A stretch of 64,000 nt of DNA from Fibrobacteria bacterium (GTDB lineage: Bacteria > Fibrobacterota > Fibrobacteria > UBA11236). Each line of letters starts with the position of its first letter. Position 1 is the first letter of the stretch. Shown here piece by piece: positions 8,588 through 19,294 of this stretch. Both the position numbers and the translations under genes were made by a program. The notes beneath the pieces were generated by a model. The model did not search any database. It was not told the origin of the DNA and saw only the letters and a list, made by a program, of their open reading frames with translations. The stretch spans positions 46,338 to 110,337 of the forward strand of contig JAYTHY010000006.1 of the NCBI GenBank assembly GCA_043732185.1, in the 5' to 3' direction.

Positions 8588-9982
8588 TTAATGCTCGGCG
8601 GCAAACTGCTGAAACCAGTCCAGGCCCGGATAATAGGGCAGTAACATCGGGATGACCTCACCGAGCAAGTACAAAGAACCGCATACTACAACTAGATCGG
8701 GAAGTACTGGATCCGAAGATGTTGGGTGGTCAGAATTTGCTCCGGAAGGAAGGCTGAGCAGGGCACGCAAGCTTTCCGGCTGTAACTCAATGGGTTGTAC
8801 CTTAATTCGCTCCGAAGGCTCCATGGCATGCACGAGTTCCGAGTACCGCAAGGCTCGGGGATACTTTGCTTCCAGAGATACAAAACGGACTTCCGAGGCA
8901 AAACGCAAGACGCTCTCGATCACGGCAGAAAAATCCTTGTCCCGCATCACAGCGAATAGGACGAGTATGCGTCGACCGGGAAACGCCCGTTTAATATGCG
9001 CCTCAAGGGCTGTCGTACCGCCAGGGTTATGAGCTCCATCCAAAAGCACCGGTAACATACCTGTTCCCTCCAGTAACTGCGTGCGTCCTGGCAGTTTGGC
9101 GGAGCGAAGAAATGGAATGAGGACGTCCGAAGAAGGCAGGGGTCCCGAAAGAAATGTTTCCATTGCCAGCAAGGATAGGCAAAGGTTTTCCACTTGATGG
9201 GCTTCCGGTCTCAACTCTGAGGGAAACCTATACGTGGCATATCTCCCCGTAAATTGAATTTCCGCTCCGGCCCCCGTGTCACGCACATACTCTCCCAAAA
9301 GTACCAGCGGGCTTCCCAAGGCTGAAGCCTTGTTTTCCAGTACCGACAGAAGTGGTGCCCGATGTTCTTGCACCACCATAGGTACACGTGCCTTGAGAAT
9401 GCCGATTTTTTCACCCCAAATTTCAGCAATGGTTTGCCCTAAAATAGCTGTGTGATCAAATGATATTGATGTCACCACAGTCACGGCGGGAAGGACGGCA
9501 TTGGTGGCGTCCAGTCTGCCTCCCAATCCGGTTTCCAACACGACCGCTTCACAATCCATGGAACGGAAGAAGTCTAAGGCCAATGCCGTGACGCATTCGA
9601 AATAGGTGGCGTTGAGTTCCAGAATTATTTTTTGCGCGCCGCGCAACCAGCTCAGCACATAGTCCGCGGGGATAGGTACGCCATCGACCAGGATACGTTC
9701 ACGAAAGCTGACGAGATGCGGCGACGTGTACAGTCCGACGCGCCGATGGCCAGTGGCCGATAGCAATGCGGCGAGATTGGCACACACACTCCCCTTACCG
9801 TTGGTGCCGGCCACATGCAAAAAAATCAAACCGGTATCCGGTCGGCCCAGCCTATCCAATAGCGCGTTGATATTCTCCAGCCCCAATTTGATGGAAAACT
9901 GATTGCGGGCGTAAAAAAAATCCAGGCAGTCCTGGAAGGACTCGGGCAATCGTGGTGGAGAGGATGGCGATAGGTCCGACAT
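8588..9982 (-). CDS. folC: Folylpolyglutamate/dihydrofolate synthase
   Basis: HVAGTNGKGS, YTSPHL, ETGLGGRLDATN, LDGAHN, GSLYLLG. Confidence 0.95.
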   Translation of the reverse strand: MSDLSPSSPPRLPESFQDCLDFFYARNQFSIKLGLENINALLDRLGRPDTGLIFLHVAGTNGKGSVCANLAALLSATGHRRVGLYTSPHLVSFRERILVDGVPIPADYVLSWLRGAQKIILELNATYFECVTALALDFFRSMDCEAVVLETGLGGRLDATNAVLPAVTVVTSISFDHTAILGQTIAEIWGEKIGILKARVPMVVQEHRAPLLSVLENKASALGSPLVLLGEYVRDTGAGAEIQFTGRYATYRFPSELRPEAHQVENLCLSLLAMETFLSGPLPSSDVLIPFLRSAKLPGRTQLLEGTGMLPVLLDGAHNPGGTTALEAHIKRAFPGRRILVLFAVMRDKDFSAVIESVLRFASEVRFVSLEAKYPRALRYSELVHAMEPSERIKVQPIELQPESLRALLSLPSGANSDHPTSSDPVLPDLVVVCGSLYLLGEVIPMLLPYYPGLDWFQQFAAEH

Positions 9983-10035
9983 GGTACCCGGTTGAAATTT
10001 TTTAGGCGGGAGCGAGACTCAAATTCTAAGTGGCA

Positions 10036-10872
10036 TCAATGGAGATGGGAGAGCAAGGAGGCCAGAGTCTCCTTCATTTCCGCTCGCGGGACTATCATAT
10101 CCAGCATGCCTTTTTCCAACAGGAACTCGGCTCTTTGGAATCCAGGCGGAAGGTTTTGCCGAATGGTTTCGCGAATCACTCTTTCCCCGGCAAATCCAAT
10201 TAGCGCACCGGGCTCGGCGATATTGACATCCCCAAGCATGGCGAAGCTGGCAGTCACACCGCCTGTAGTGGGATTGGTCAGCACGGCAAAGTAAGGAATA
10301 CGCGCCTGTGACAACTGTGCGATTAAGGCCGAGGTTTTTCCCATTTGCATGAGGGACAAGACACCCTCTTGCATGCGAGCGCCGCCAGATGCCGTAACTA
10401 CAATAGCGGGAATTTTCTGTTCCAAGGCCCGCTTGAGCACCCGAGCGATTTTCTCGCCCTCCACCGAACCCATGGAGCCGCCGATAAAGCGGAAATCCAT
10501 AACTGCCAGGCTAACCTTGATGCCTTTGATTTCACCTTGGCCGGACACCACGCCGGAAAAGGCGCCCGTATTCTTCTCAGCATCGTGCAAGCTGTCCTTG
10601 TATTTCTTCTTGGCGGAAAACTTAAGAGGATCGATGGACTTGAGGTTGGCATCCAAAACCTGCCAAGTGCCTTCGTCAATTAGGAGCTTAACATAGTCGT
10701 TCGCGCCGATGCGAAAATGAAATCCGCAATGTTCGCAAACATACCGATTGGCAGCCAATTCTTTTCGATAAAGGATTTCTTTGCAGCCGTCGCATTTGAC
10801 CCATAGATCGACGGGCGTATCCCTCTTGATGAGGGTGCCGATGCCGGATTTTGCCTTGCGGAACCATTCCAT
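10036..10872 (-). CDS. accD: Acetyl-CoA carboxylase carboxyltransferase beta subunit
   Basis: LWVKCDGC...CEHC zinc finger, GGSMG, SGGARMQEG, PTTGGVTASFA. Confidence 0.97.
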   Translation of the reverse strand: MEWFRKAKSGIGTLIKRDTPVDLWVKCDGCKEILYRKELAANRYVCEHCGFHFRIGANDYVKLLIDEGTWQVLDANLKSIDPLKFSAKKKYKDSLHDAEKNTGAFSGVVSGQGEIKGIKVSLAVMDFRFIGGSMGSVEGEKIARVLKRALEQKIPAIVVTASGGARMQEGVLSLMQMGKTSALIAQLSQARIPYFAVLTNPTTGGVTASFAMLGDVNIAEPGALIGFAGERVIRETIRQNLPPGFQRAEFLLEKGMLDMIVPRAEMKETLASLLSHLH

Positions 10873-11085
10873 TAGCTAGCTTGCCGGTCCTTTGAAAACG
10901 AGGGGCAATCCAAGATAGCCAAACCGAAAAAGGCTGTCACCTTAGCTGGAAAGTGGCCTTCTCGTGCTATTTTCCCAACATTGACTTCCACTTTGAGATT
11001 TTGGAACCGGGTAATCGAGTGTGAAATTCTAAAAAGTCTCCTTCACGCCGCATGATTTTTTTAACTAGGATTCGGGAGGAAATAC

Positions 11086-11538
11086 ATGTCGAAAAACGTG
11101 GGTCGACAGGGTCGAAGACTCGAAGCCTTGCTGGCGGGTTTGCTATTCCTTAGCTTTTTTCTGCCGTGGGTGTACTCCATGGGCGTTCCCGTTCCAGCGC
11201 ATCAGATACGTGATCGCTTAGCAGGACCGCATCGTTTGGTTTCGGTATTTACATCTGGCTCTCGACTATCACGAGATTATTCCCTAGCGCTATATCTGTA
11301 TGCCATTCCCATTTGGGCAATGGTCATTTTGATTCTTTTGTTTTTAAGGCGCTTCCAAGCCTGGGCGGCCTTTCTAGCTGGGGCGATTTCAGTAGGCGCT
11401 TTTATTTTTCTGCGCGGGGAGGTAGACAGCTACCCCATGCACCGCTTGGCCGCGGGAGCATACTTAGCCCTAGCCTCCGGCTTGGGACTGGCAGTCTTGC
11501 CTCTTTTTCGATTAGGCACCGGAGCCAAGCGAGGCTAA
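11086..11538 (+). CDS. Hypothetical membrane protein (about 4 TM)
   Basis: GGAGG RBS, FFLPW motif, hydrophobic helices. Confidence 0.7.
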   Translation: MSKNVGRQGRRLEALLAGLLFLSFFLPWVYSMGVPVPAHQIRDRLAGPHRLVSVFTSGSRLSRDYSLALYLYAIPIWAMVILILLFLRRFQAWAAFLAGAISVGAFIFLRGEVDSYPMHRLAAGAYLALASGLGLAVLPLFRLGTGAKRG

Positions 11539-11606
11539 TACCAAAGCTTTTTTTAAGTCAGGTTACATTGGTTAATAGGTTGTTGAATAGAAGGAATATC
11601 ACCTAT

Positions 11607-12632
11607 ATGAATATTACCTCTCCGCATCGCATGCAAAAACATCTACACCGGTTTTTCTGGAATATTTTATGCGTAGTGGTTTTCGCCAACGCGCAATCCC
11701 CCGCCTTGCGCTTGCAGTCCGCATTGGAAAAAATCATGGGCCCGATCGATACTACCGGTCTCACAAATCCCAAGCCATTGCAAATCGCCTGGGTTTACAG
11801 TACGCCGTCCGAAGCAGCAGACAGCCATAATTTTGAAGCGCAGATGAATATTTGGAAACCCCTGTTCAGTACATTGAAAAGCGTAACCTTCACTCCGGTA
11901 TTGAACTGGCCATCCCCAACGATTTGGAAAAGCGCTGACATCGTAGTCTTTAATTTTCGATTCGGCCTTCACAAAATATTAAGCGATTCCCAGTATGTGG
12001 ATCTGGATGCGTATCTCGACCGCGGCAAAGCCTTGATTCCCATTCATGTGGGAGTAGCCTTGCAAGATGAGGCGCCTAAGCGCTATGCACCCTATATCGG
12101 CCTCAGTTGGCAATGGGCAAACACTGGCAACATCAATTCTTCGGACCGAGCCGGAGAAATGATTTATACCCGACGCCCCAATCATCCCTTAGCTGTTAAC
12201 CTGCCGGATACCATGCACTTGACGGAAGAAACCTATTTCAATCTGTACGGCGACACGGCCCAGATTCAAATCCTCAACACCTCGCTTGAGAATACGGGAG
12301 CGGGAATGGCAGCCGTACCCGTGATGTGGACCAAGTTGTCCCGCAATGGAAAAGTGTTTGCTTCCGGAGCTGGCCATTATACGAGCACCCACAACGACGC
12401 CTATTTCCGCTTGCTTCTGCTTCGAGGTATGGCGTGGGCCTCGGGAGAAAAATTCGACCGCTTTCGCAGCTTGGTCACTTTAAATGCCAATGTGAAAAAT
12501 GATGTCGTGAAACTTAAACCCCAAGTACCGAAATCCACTGTTGGTAAAAAATCTGTGACTGGCTTGTCGTCTGGAATTATTTTTCGCCACGCGCAGAAAA
12601 AGTACGGCATAGGCGGTCGATTCACGCCTTGA
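11607..12632 (+). CDS. Secreted ThuA-like (trehalose utilisation / GATase-fold) domain protein with basic C-terminal tail
   Basis: Start moved to ATG 11607 (or 11631) after AAGGA; signal peptide; HPL...EETY...PVMWT...GKVF..GAGH...LLLRGMAWA. Confidence 0.75.
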   Translation: MNITSPHRMQKHLHRFFWNILCVVVFANAQSPALRLQSALEKIMGPIDTTGLTNPKPLQIAWVYSTPSEAADSHNFEAQMNIWKPLFSTLKSVTFTPVLNWPSPTIWKSADIVVFNFRFGLHKILSDSQYVDLDAYLDRGKALIPIHVGVALQDEAPKRYAPYIGLSWQWANTGNINSSDRAGEMIYTRRPNHPLAVNLPDTMHLTEETYFNLYGDTAQIQILNTSLENTGAGMAAVPVMWTKLSRNGKVFASGAGHYTSTHNDAYFRLLLLRGMAWASGEKFDRFRSLVTLNANVKNDVVKLKPQVPKSTVGKKSVTGLSSGIIFRHAQKKYGIGGRFTP

Positions 12633-12644
12633 TGGCTGGAATTT

Positions 12645-15242
12645 TTACGTGCGATTCAAGGACAACAAGGCCCGTAGCGGTTGACCCATTCCACGGTATG
12701 CTGCATAAACGGCGCAAAGGATTCCCAATGCAAAGGATCCTCCCAGGCAAACGTATAAGATTCGCAAGTCCGGTACCCAAGGCACCTGCCAGATAACCTG
12801 GTTGATAGCCAAGGTTGCGGCGAGGCTCAGTCCGTAACCGGTAAGACCCGCCGCCAGGCACAGGCCGGAATAATGCATCAGGAAAAGCCGAATTAATTTG
12901 GCGCGGGGTTCACCCAGCGCGCGTAGCAACAGAATAGTTTTAAGGTTCTCGGAGACCAGCGCCTCCACGATAAGCCACAGAATGGTCAACCCAATCAATA
13001 AGGCAAATCCGGAAAGAAAACGGACCAACCAAACGAGCTTGTCCAAACTATCAATGGTGCGTCGGATCACATCTTTTAGATTGAGCAATGTGACATTAGG
13101 AAAGGCTTCACTCACCTGGGCCTGGAAGGCTTCAGCCTCAGCCATCGGAATCCCATTCACCGTTCCCAGAAAAGTTTTCGGTGCATCTTCCAAGGCACCG
13201 GGTTGGAACAACACAAAAAAGTTGGGTTGAAAAGAAGCCCAGCGAACCTGGCGAAAACTGGTAATATGGCCTTGCACTTCCACGCCTTGAACGTCAAAGG
13301 AAAGCGTGTCGCCCAGCTTAAGTCGGAGCCGCTTGGCAAAATCCTTTTCTATGCTGACCTCGGGCAATTTGCCTTCCTGAACGGCTCCAGTCCACCAAAC
13401 GCCGGAAATCAATTTCTCCGCATCAGAAAGTGTGTCCCGGTAACTCAAGTTGAATCCACGATTGCGGAATTGCCTTCGGTTGCGATCCTCCAAAGTTTCC
13501 TTACCGGATTTGGATTTTTCTCCAGCATCAGCATTCTCGTCCCGCTTGAACGGAAGGCCATTGACTTTTTCCAAGCGCGCCCGAATCATGGGCGAGGGCT
13601 GCGCAAACGTCTGACCACGGCTACGGATAAGATCCGTAAGGCCTGGCAGCTGTTCTTCTTGGATGTCGAACAGAAAAAGTTGGGGAATGATGCGTCCCTT
13701 GGGCACGCTGATTTCATTCAAGATGAGGCTTTGCAATTGAGGAATAAGCGTCAACGAGAAGGCCACAAAACCCAAGGCCGAAAAGGCTAAGAGCGATTTT
13801 TCGCGACCCCAGCGAATGGACCCAAGCACAATACGTATGGCATATCCAAACTTGGATCGCATGCTCCACAATGCGGCAAACAAGGCCCATCCCAAACCGC
13901 CCAAAAGCAAAAAGGCCGCCACCATAGAACCCACGGAAAGCGCACTCAAGGTCCATGAATGGCTATTGCTCATGGCAAAGGCAAAGAAAAATCCGCTCTG
14001 GGCCAGACCCATTCCCAGCCGAGGCCAAAGCCCCAGCGGCGCACTTTCCAGTGGCTTGAGCAATGTAGCTGGAAGAATTTTACCTAATCCCGCCAATGCA
14101 GAAATGCCAAAGAGCAGCGATGTAGAAATCGCCATGAAAACTCCTAGCCAAAGAGTGCTCATCGGCAACGCAGAGGGAATGGTCACTTGATACAGGCGTG
14201 CAATGACTATGGGCAAGCCCTGGGCCCAAAAAGCGGCCAGCAACATGCCGGTTACGGCAGCCAGTGTCGCGAGAAACAGGTTCTGGGCCAGATAAAGGGA
14301 AAGGATTCTGGCGCGGCTGGATCCAAGTACAGTCAGCACGGCTACGGTTTTTCGCTCTCCGACCAAGTGGTTTCGGAAAAAAAAGGCCGCACCCACGGCG
14401 GCCAAAAGAAAGGACGAAAGGCTTAGCAGTTTAAGGAAAGCAGTCACCATTTGAAAGCTGCGGCCAAGGTCCGATCCGGATTCCGTATACTCCGTAATCT
14501 CGATTTCCGGATCCGGGAGCGCGACATTCAAAGCCACCCGAAGCGCCTGAGTATCGGTTCCCGGAGGCAGTAGATAAAATCGGTAGCGGAAAATGCGACT
14601 GCCCTTTTGGTCGAGCCCGGTAGCTGCCATGTCCGCTATGGGAATGTAGACGCGGCTGCCCATCTCCCAAAACTCGAAGTTCCCACCAGGGCGATGGCTG
14701 TACGCATCCTTGATGACAAAGTTCTGATTGCCCAAACGAACCGTATCCCCCACGCTCACTTTGAGTGCCAGAAACAATTCCTTAGGAAAGAGTATTTCGC
14801 CAGTGTGCAAATCCGCAATACGACCGGACCAATGATTAGGTTTTGCAACTGAACCTGCAACTGCACCTGCGCTGGAAAAAGTAAAGTCACCAACCAAGGG
14901 GTATGTCGTGGAAATCGCTTTCACCTGAACCAGTCGACTGGTGTTTGCGCCTTCGTGCGAGCGGGCGCGCAACATGGAAAGAAACCCCCATACCTCCGCG
15001 CTACGTGCGCCTGACGGCAAGTGTTTTTTCAGGATTTTCTCTTCCGAATCCGTTAAGGGCCTGCGCAATTGGATGCGTAGTTCTCCTTCCAACAATTCCT
15101 TAGACTGGGATTGAATCTCGGCTTGAAAATTCTTGGAAAGACCGTCGACGACTAAAAATACCGAAAGCCCCAAGGCATAAATAGCCACAAACGCGATCCA
15201 ATTTCCCCGACGGTGTTTGAGCAAACGGAGAAACAGCGGCAT
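12645..15242 (-). CDS. ABC transporter permease (YbbP/FtsX-like, duplicated)
   Basis: 865 aa with two FtsX-like halves; LFLFDIQ, RQVRWASFQPNFFVLF. Confidence 0.9.
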   Translation of the reverse strand: MPLFLRLLKHRRGNWIAFVAIYALGLSVFLVVDGLSKNFQAEIQSQSKELLEGELRIQLRRPLTDSEEKILKKHLPSGARSAEVWGFLSMLRARSHEGANTSRLVQVKAISTTYPLVGDFTFSSAGAVAGSVAKPNHWSGRIADLHTGEILFPKELFLALKVSVGDTVRLGNQNFVIKDAYSHRPGGNFEFWEMGSRVYIPIADMAATGLDQKGSRIFRYRFYLLPPGTDTQALRVALNVALPDPEIEITEYTESGSDLGRSFQMVTAFLKLLSLSSFLLAAVGAAFFFRNHLVGERKTVAVLTVLGSSRARILSLYLAQNLFLATLAAVTGMLLAAFWAQGLPIVIARLYQVTIPSALPMSTLWLGVFMAISTSLLFGISALAGLGKILPATLLKPLESAPLGLWPRLGMGLAQSGFFFAFAMSNSHSWTLSALSVGSMVAAFLLLGGLGWALFAALWSMRSKFGYAIRIVLGSIRWGREKSLLAFSALGFVAFSLTLIPQLQSLILNEISVPKGRIIPQLFLFDIQEEQLPGLTDLIRSRGQTFAQPSPMIRARLEKVNGLPFKRDENADAGEKSKSGKETLEDRNRRQFRNRGFNLSYRDTLSDAEKLISGVWWTGAVQEGKLPEVSIEKDFAKRLRLKLGDTLSFDVQGVEVQGHITSFRQVRWASFQPNFFVLFQPGALEDAPKTFLGTVNGIPMAEAEAFQAQVSEAFPNVTLLNLKDVIRRTIDSLDKLVWLVRFLSGFALLIGLTILWLIVEALVSENLKTILLLRALGEPRAKLIRLFLMHYSGLCLAAGLTGYGLSLAATLAINQVIWQVPWVPDLRILYVCLGGSFALGILCAVYAAYRGMGQPLRALLSLNRT

Positions 15243-15263
15243 GATGATTGAACCTTTGGATCT

Positions 15264-15917
15264 TTAGCTGAATCGGCCCAAATGCAAGGTCTTCATTTCC
15301 GAACATCGACCCGCCAACTCGCGATTGTGCGTGACGATTACAGCCGTAAGACCTTCCTCTGCGATTATGGAAAAAATCAGGGCTTCAACTTCCTGGGCAG
15401 TGGTTTCATCGAGATTGCCGGTGGGTTCATCGGCAAAGAGGATTTGAGGTTTAGTTGCCAAAGCCCTTGCAATGGCGACGCGCTGCTGTTCGCCGCCGGA
15501 GAGTTGATGGGGATAGTGATGGCCACGCGAGGCAAGTCCAACACGATCCAGCAGGGATTCCGCTCGGACACGGCTTTGTTTTTCACCTTGTATTTCCATG
15601 GGCAAAGCCACATTTTCCTTAGCCGTCAAGGAAGGCACCAGATGGTATTCCTGAAATATGATGCCCATGGAACGTCCACGCCAACGCGCCAGGGCATCGA
15701 CACTTAAAGCGCCCAAGTCCTGGCCCTGAAAAAAGATCTGGCCTGTATCGGGTTGTTCCAGGCCCGCCAATAGACTGAGCAAAGTGGTTTTTCCGCTGCC
15801 CGACTGGCCTAAAATAGCGACGCTCGCGCCGGCCTCGATATCCATATTGAGGCCGTGCAGCACCTGAGTGGAGCCATAGGTTTTGGACAGATTGCGGGCA
15901 GAAAGAATAACGGTCAA
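15264..15917 (-). CDS. ABC transporter ATP-binding protein (YbbA/LolD-like)
   Basis: GQSGSGKTT, LSGGEQQR, ADEPTGNLD, VTH; start reset to TTG 15917 because the longer ORF runs through a terminator. Confidence 0.93.
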   Translation of the reverse strand: MTVILSARNLSKTYGSTQVLHGLNMDIEAGASVAILGQSGSGKTTLLSLLAGLEQPDTGQIFFQGQDLGALSVDALARWRGRSMGIIFQEYHLVPSLTAKENVALPMEIQGEKQSRVRAESLLDRVGLASRGHHYPHQLSGGEQQRVAIARALATKPQILFADEPTGNLDETTAQEVEALIFSIIAEEGLTAVIVTHNRELAGRCSEMKTLHLGRFS

Positions 15918-15960
15918 TCGGTTTCCCGGAAAACGGGTGGCTGAAGTTTGGTGCCCCTTA

Positions 15961-15997
15961 AAATACAAAACCCCGACGCATTCCTGCATTGGGGTTT
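15961..15997 (-). terminator. Intrinsic terminator after the MFS gene at 16052
   Basis: Minus strand AAACCCCAATGCA..TGCGTCGGGGTTT followed by TGTATTT. Confidence 0.75.
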
Positions 15998-16051
15998 CGA
16001 AAGGAAGAAAAAGACAAGGGCTCTCAGGCGGTTACACCGCCCAAGTCGATA

Positions 16052-17305
16052 TCACGCATTTGCATAGGCCGGCGTCTTGGTGCCGGTGCTAGTCGTGCTA
16101 TTTTTGTTGGCCTTATTTTTTTTGACCCAGAAAAGGAGTACGGTAAACAGGACAACCAACAAGGCGGGAAAGATAACCATGGTCCCTAAGGTCGCTTGGC
16201 CAGCTGCCAATTCAAGATTGTCACCGGTTAAGCCTTTGGCGGCAGCGGCAGCCTTGTCCCCATCGATCCATCCGCCGATAATGGGCTGGAAAATGGAGGA
16301 GGAAAACATCCCCACGGCTCCAATGACTGACATTCCGATGGCACCACTTTTAGGAATTTTATCGGCGATAAAACCAATCATATTGGGCCAGAAATAAGCG
16401 ATTCCAAGCGCATAAATGATTGCTGCAGCATAGGCTCCTGCACCAGTCTGGGTGCTGAAAAGGTAGACACCAATGGTGCCCAAAATGGCTGAACCAAGTA
16501 GTACGCCCGTCTGATCAAACTTTCCAACCATGCTGCCGCCAAAAAAGCGAGCTACAGCCATCAAGCCGGTGACCAAGGCCAAAATTAGCATGGGCTGTGC
16601 GCCGCTCTTGGACAGAATCAAGCCGACCCATTGCTGCGGTCCAAATTCCGAAATGGCGGTCATCGACATGCAAACGAACATGAAAAGAAACATTGGTGAA
16701 AACATGGCCTTAACATTGGTAGCCAAGGAGTTCGCTTCCATGAGTTTCGATTTTGGAAAGGTCTGTCCAAAAAAGAGCAGCGCGTAGGCAATGGTTGGGA
16801 CGAGAATAACCGCGATTTGAGCTTGCCAAGCAAGGTTCATATCCGTCATGAATTTGGAAACCAGGGCACCGATAACGATTCCTCCCGGGAACCACATATG
16901 GAAACGATTCATCTTAGAACTCATTTCAACACCTTCATAGGCGTCAGCAATCATTGGATTGCAAGCCGCTTCCGTACAGCCATTTCCAAGGCCAATCAGG
17001 AAGGTGGAGATAAGCAACCCTACGTAGCTGTTGGCAAATAGAGTTAATAGGATTCCCAATGTATGGGCAAAAAAAGCAAACTGCATGATTTTCTTTGGTC
17101 CGACCGAATGGTAAAGGAGGCCACCAATGAGCATGGAGAGAGGAAAGCCTAAAAACCACATGCTATTAATGAAGCCGAGTTGATGTGCCGTGAAATTCAA
17201 TTCCCTACCCAGCTGGCCCAAAATACCAGCACGAATGCTGAAAGAGAATGCTGTGGTAATCAAGGCAAAACAGCTGGCGTAGAATAGTCTGTTTTTATTT
17301 TCCAT
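16052..17305 (-). CDS. MFS transporter (probable sugar/solute)
   Basis: About 12 TM; RLFYASCFAL...IRAGIL, EAACNP, FWPNM. Confidence 0.9.
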   Translation of the reverse strand: MENKNRLFYASCFALITTAFSFSIRAGILGQLGRELNFTAHQLGFINSMWFLGFPLSMLIGGLLYHSVGPKKIMQFAFFAHTLGILLTLFANSYVGLLISTFLIGLGNGCTEAACNPMIADAYEGVEMSSKMNRFHMWFPGGIVIGALVSKFMTDMNLAWQAQIAVILVPTIAYALLFFGQTFPKSKLMEANSLATNVKAMFSPMFLFMFVCMSMTAISEFGPQQWVGLILSKSGAQPMLILALVTGLMAVARFFGGSMVGKFDQTGVLLGSAILGTIGVYLFSTQTGAGAYAAAIIYALGIAYFWPNMIGFIADKIPKSGAIGMSVIGAVGMFSSSIFQPIIGGWIDGDKAAAAAKGLTGDNLELAAGQATLGTMVIFPALLVVLFTVLLFWVKKNKANKNSTTSTGTKTPAYANA

Positions 17306-17471
17306 TTGTATTCCTTCTCCGTTAGAAATGAAAGTTTGAGAAGAGTAAAGTTAATGTATCTGGGGAGAATGTTCTAGGTCTGGGTAGGGTAAAATTGACG
17401 TTTGTGGATTTCTGGCTGCTAAAATTCGAAAAAAGCGCCAGATCTTGAATAATCAAACCAGCCCTAAAGCT

Positions 17472-17508
17472 AAAAAGACCCACTTTTCGCAATTTGGAAA
17501 AGTGGGTC
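17472..17508 (-). terminator. Intrinsic terminator after the MFS gene at 17532
   Basis: Stem GACCCACTTTT/AAAAGTGGGTC followed by a T-run on the minus strand. Confidence 0.8.
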
Positions 17509-17531
17509 CTTGGTCTAAAAAAGAGGCAGTA

Positions 17532-19079
17532 TCAACCTTCGAACTTGATGACCTTGTAACCGCCTTGGGTTTTGAAGTACAAGGCAATGATAATGTAAAT
17601 ACCCGCCATGGCCAACGGAATAAACGAATCCGCGGCCAAAGTCTTTCGATCACCGGTTTGGTCCGCTGTGATCATGGCTTGTTGAGCGGGAGTCTTCTCA
17701 GTGGCTGCCTTTGCATCACCCAGTTTTTTTCCGTCAATCGCATAGACCTCTGAGAGGAACAGGAACTTGGAAGGCTTCTCCGCTTTAACCTCAGCGTAAA
17801 CGGCGGCATCTGTTCGGCTTAAGGCTTCCGAGGCGAAACGATCTTTGGAATATCCAAGTCCGGGTCCACCGATAAGACCGGCGGAAAGCATGCCAATACC
17901 GCCCATAATGGAAATAGCGATAGCACCACTGCGTGGGAAGCGATCCGAGGCCACGGCCAACATAGTGGGCCAGAAAAAAGTCTTACCTAATGCATAGATT
18001 CCCAAGGCTATTAGTGCCATTCCAAAGGAGGCCATGCCGCTCGAAAGTCGTAGGCCTATCATTGCGGTTATGGCGCTAATGATTAGGAGACCGATGGGAG
18101 ATACCTTTAGATTTTTCTCGATGAAGTGCACGCAGAACCGGAGTCCGAACATAATTGCTGAAGTCCAAATGAACAAATATTTACCCTGCTCCGAAGTAAA
18201 CAAGTTGCCGGTAATGTTTTGAATCCATCCATCGGTTCCCAGTTCCACTGCACCAACCAATAGGTGAGCGATAAAGAGGCCAAACAGCAGGAATGAACCA
18301 ACTGAAAATTTGGTCAAGACTCCAACGGCAACCATTAGTGCACCGGAAATCCCATAGGCGGCCCATTGTGGCAAGCCCAAATTGGTCGAGAAAAAGATGG
18401 AGAGCAGATAGCAGACAACCAAAGCGCCCACGAGTCCGACATCCTTTAACATTTCGCCAATGCTGGCGCCCTTTTCCGAAGCTTCAGATTTAGGGAATTT
18501 CTGGCCCAAGAACATGAGGCCATAACCAAGGGTCGGTAATAAGTAGAGGGAGAGTTGGATTTTCCAGCCCACTTGCATTTTGTCATCCAAGATCCAGCCG
18601 ACCAAAGCACCCAAGACCATACCCAACGGCCAGCTGGCATGGAGGATGTTCAAATAATGGGCGCGGTTTTTGGGGAAAAGGGTGGCTACCAACGGGTTGG
18701 CAACGGCTTCCAATGTGCCGTTTGCAAAGGCGAACATGAACATTCCCCAGGTTAGGAATTTGGCTGCATTGTCAGGCGTGGTGGCCATGAAGGTGACCAC
18801 TGCTGAAGCCATATGCAGCACAAATGCCGCCGCGACCAGCTTTCCGTAACCAATTTTGTCAGCGATGACACCGCCGATAATGATACCGAAACAAAAGCCT
18901 GTAAAGCCTGCACCGCCAATGGCTCCCAGCTGTAGGCCAGTGAATCCGAACTCACGACCCCAATTGTCAAATATTCCGCCTCTTAGGGCAAAACCCACAC
19001 CTGCCGCTAGAATAGCAACGAAGCCGGCAAACAAAAGTCTACTTGCATTGGGTGCGATACCCTCTGATTTAATTGACAT
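17532..19079 (-). CDS. MFS transporter, same broad family as the neighbour
   Basis: [10 protein letters not shown]...LRGGIF, EAVANP, HASWP, FFWPTML. Confidence 0.9.
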   Translation of the reverse strand: MSIKSEGIAPNASRLLFAGFVAILAAGVGFALRGGIFDNWGREFGFTGLQLGAIGGAGFTGFCFGIIIGGVIADKIGYGKLVAAAFVLHMASAVVTFMATTPDNAAKFLTWGMFMFAFANGTLEAVANPLVATLFPKNRAHYLNILHASWPLGMVLGALVGWILDDKMQVGWKIQLSLYLLPTLGYGLMFLGQKFPKSEASEKGASIGEMLKDVGLVGALVVCYLLSIFFSTNLGLPQWAAYGISGALMVAVGVLTKFSVGSFLLFGLFIAHLLVGAVELGTDGWIQNITGNLFTSEQGKYLFIWTSAIMFGLRFCVHFIEKNLKVSPIGLLIISAITAMIGLRLSSGMASFGMALIALGIYALGKTFFWPTMLAVASDRFPRSGAIAISIMGGIGMLSAGLIGGPGLGYSKDRFASEALSRTDAAVYAEVKAEKPSKFLFLSEVYAIDGKKLGDAKAATEKTPAQQAMITADQTGDRKTLAADSFIPLAMAGIYIIIALYFKTQGGYKVIKFEG

Positions 19080-19294
19080 TAATCATCCTGGTTAGATTTA
19101 AAGTTTCGATTTCAACCACTAGGCGGATTAATTTAAGCCAATCGTTGATTTTCGTCTGCATGAATTTTTGAAATTTCCCATTACCCTTGGATGATTCAAG
19201 CAGAAAGCGTGAAATTAGGGATGAATGCGGCGTTTTTCCCGTTCGTTTTTATTCAGGTCATAGAAATGTGAAGGGCGTAAGTATGATTTTGGTA

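Noticed and set aside
11313..11606. N-terminal extension of the ThuA-like ORF
   Set aside because: Overlaps the upstream membrane-protein gene; the RBS and signal peptide point to 11607 or 11631
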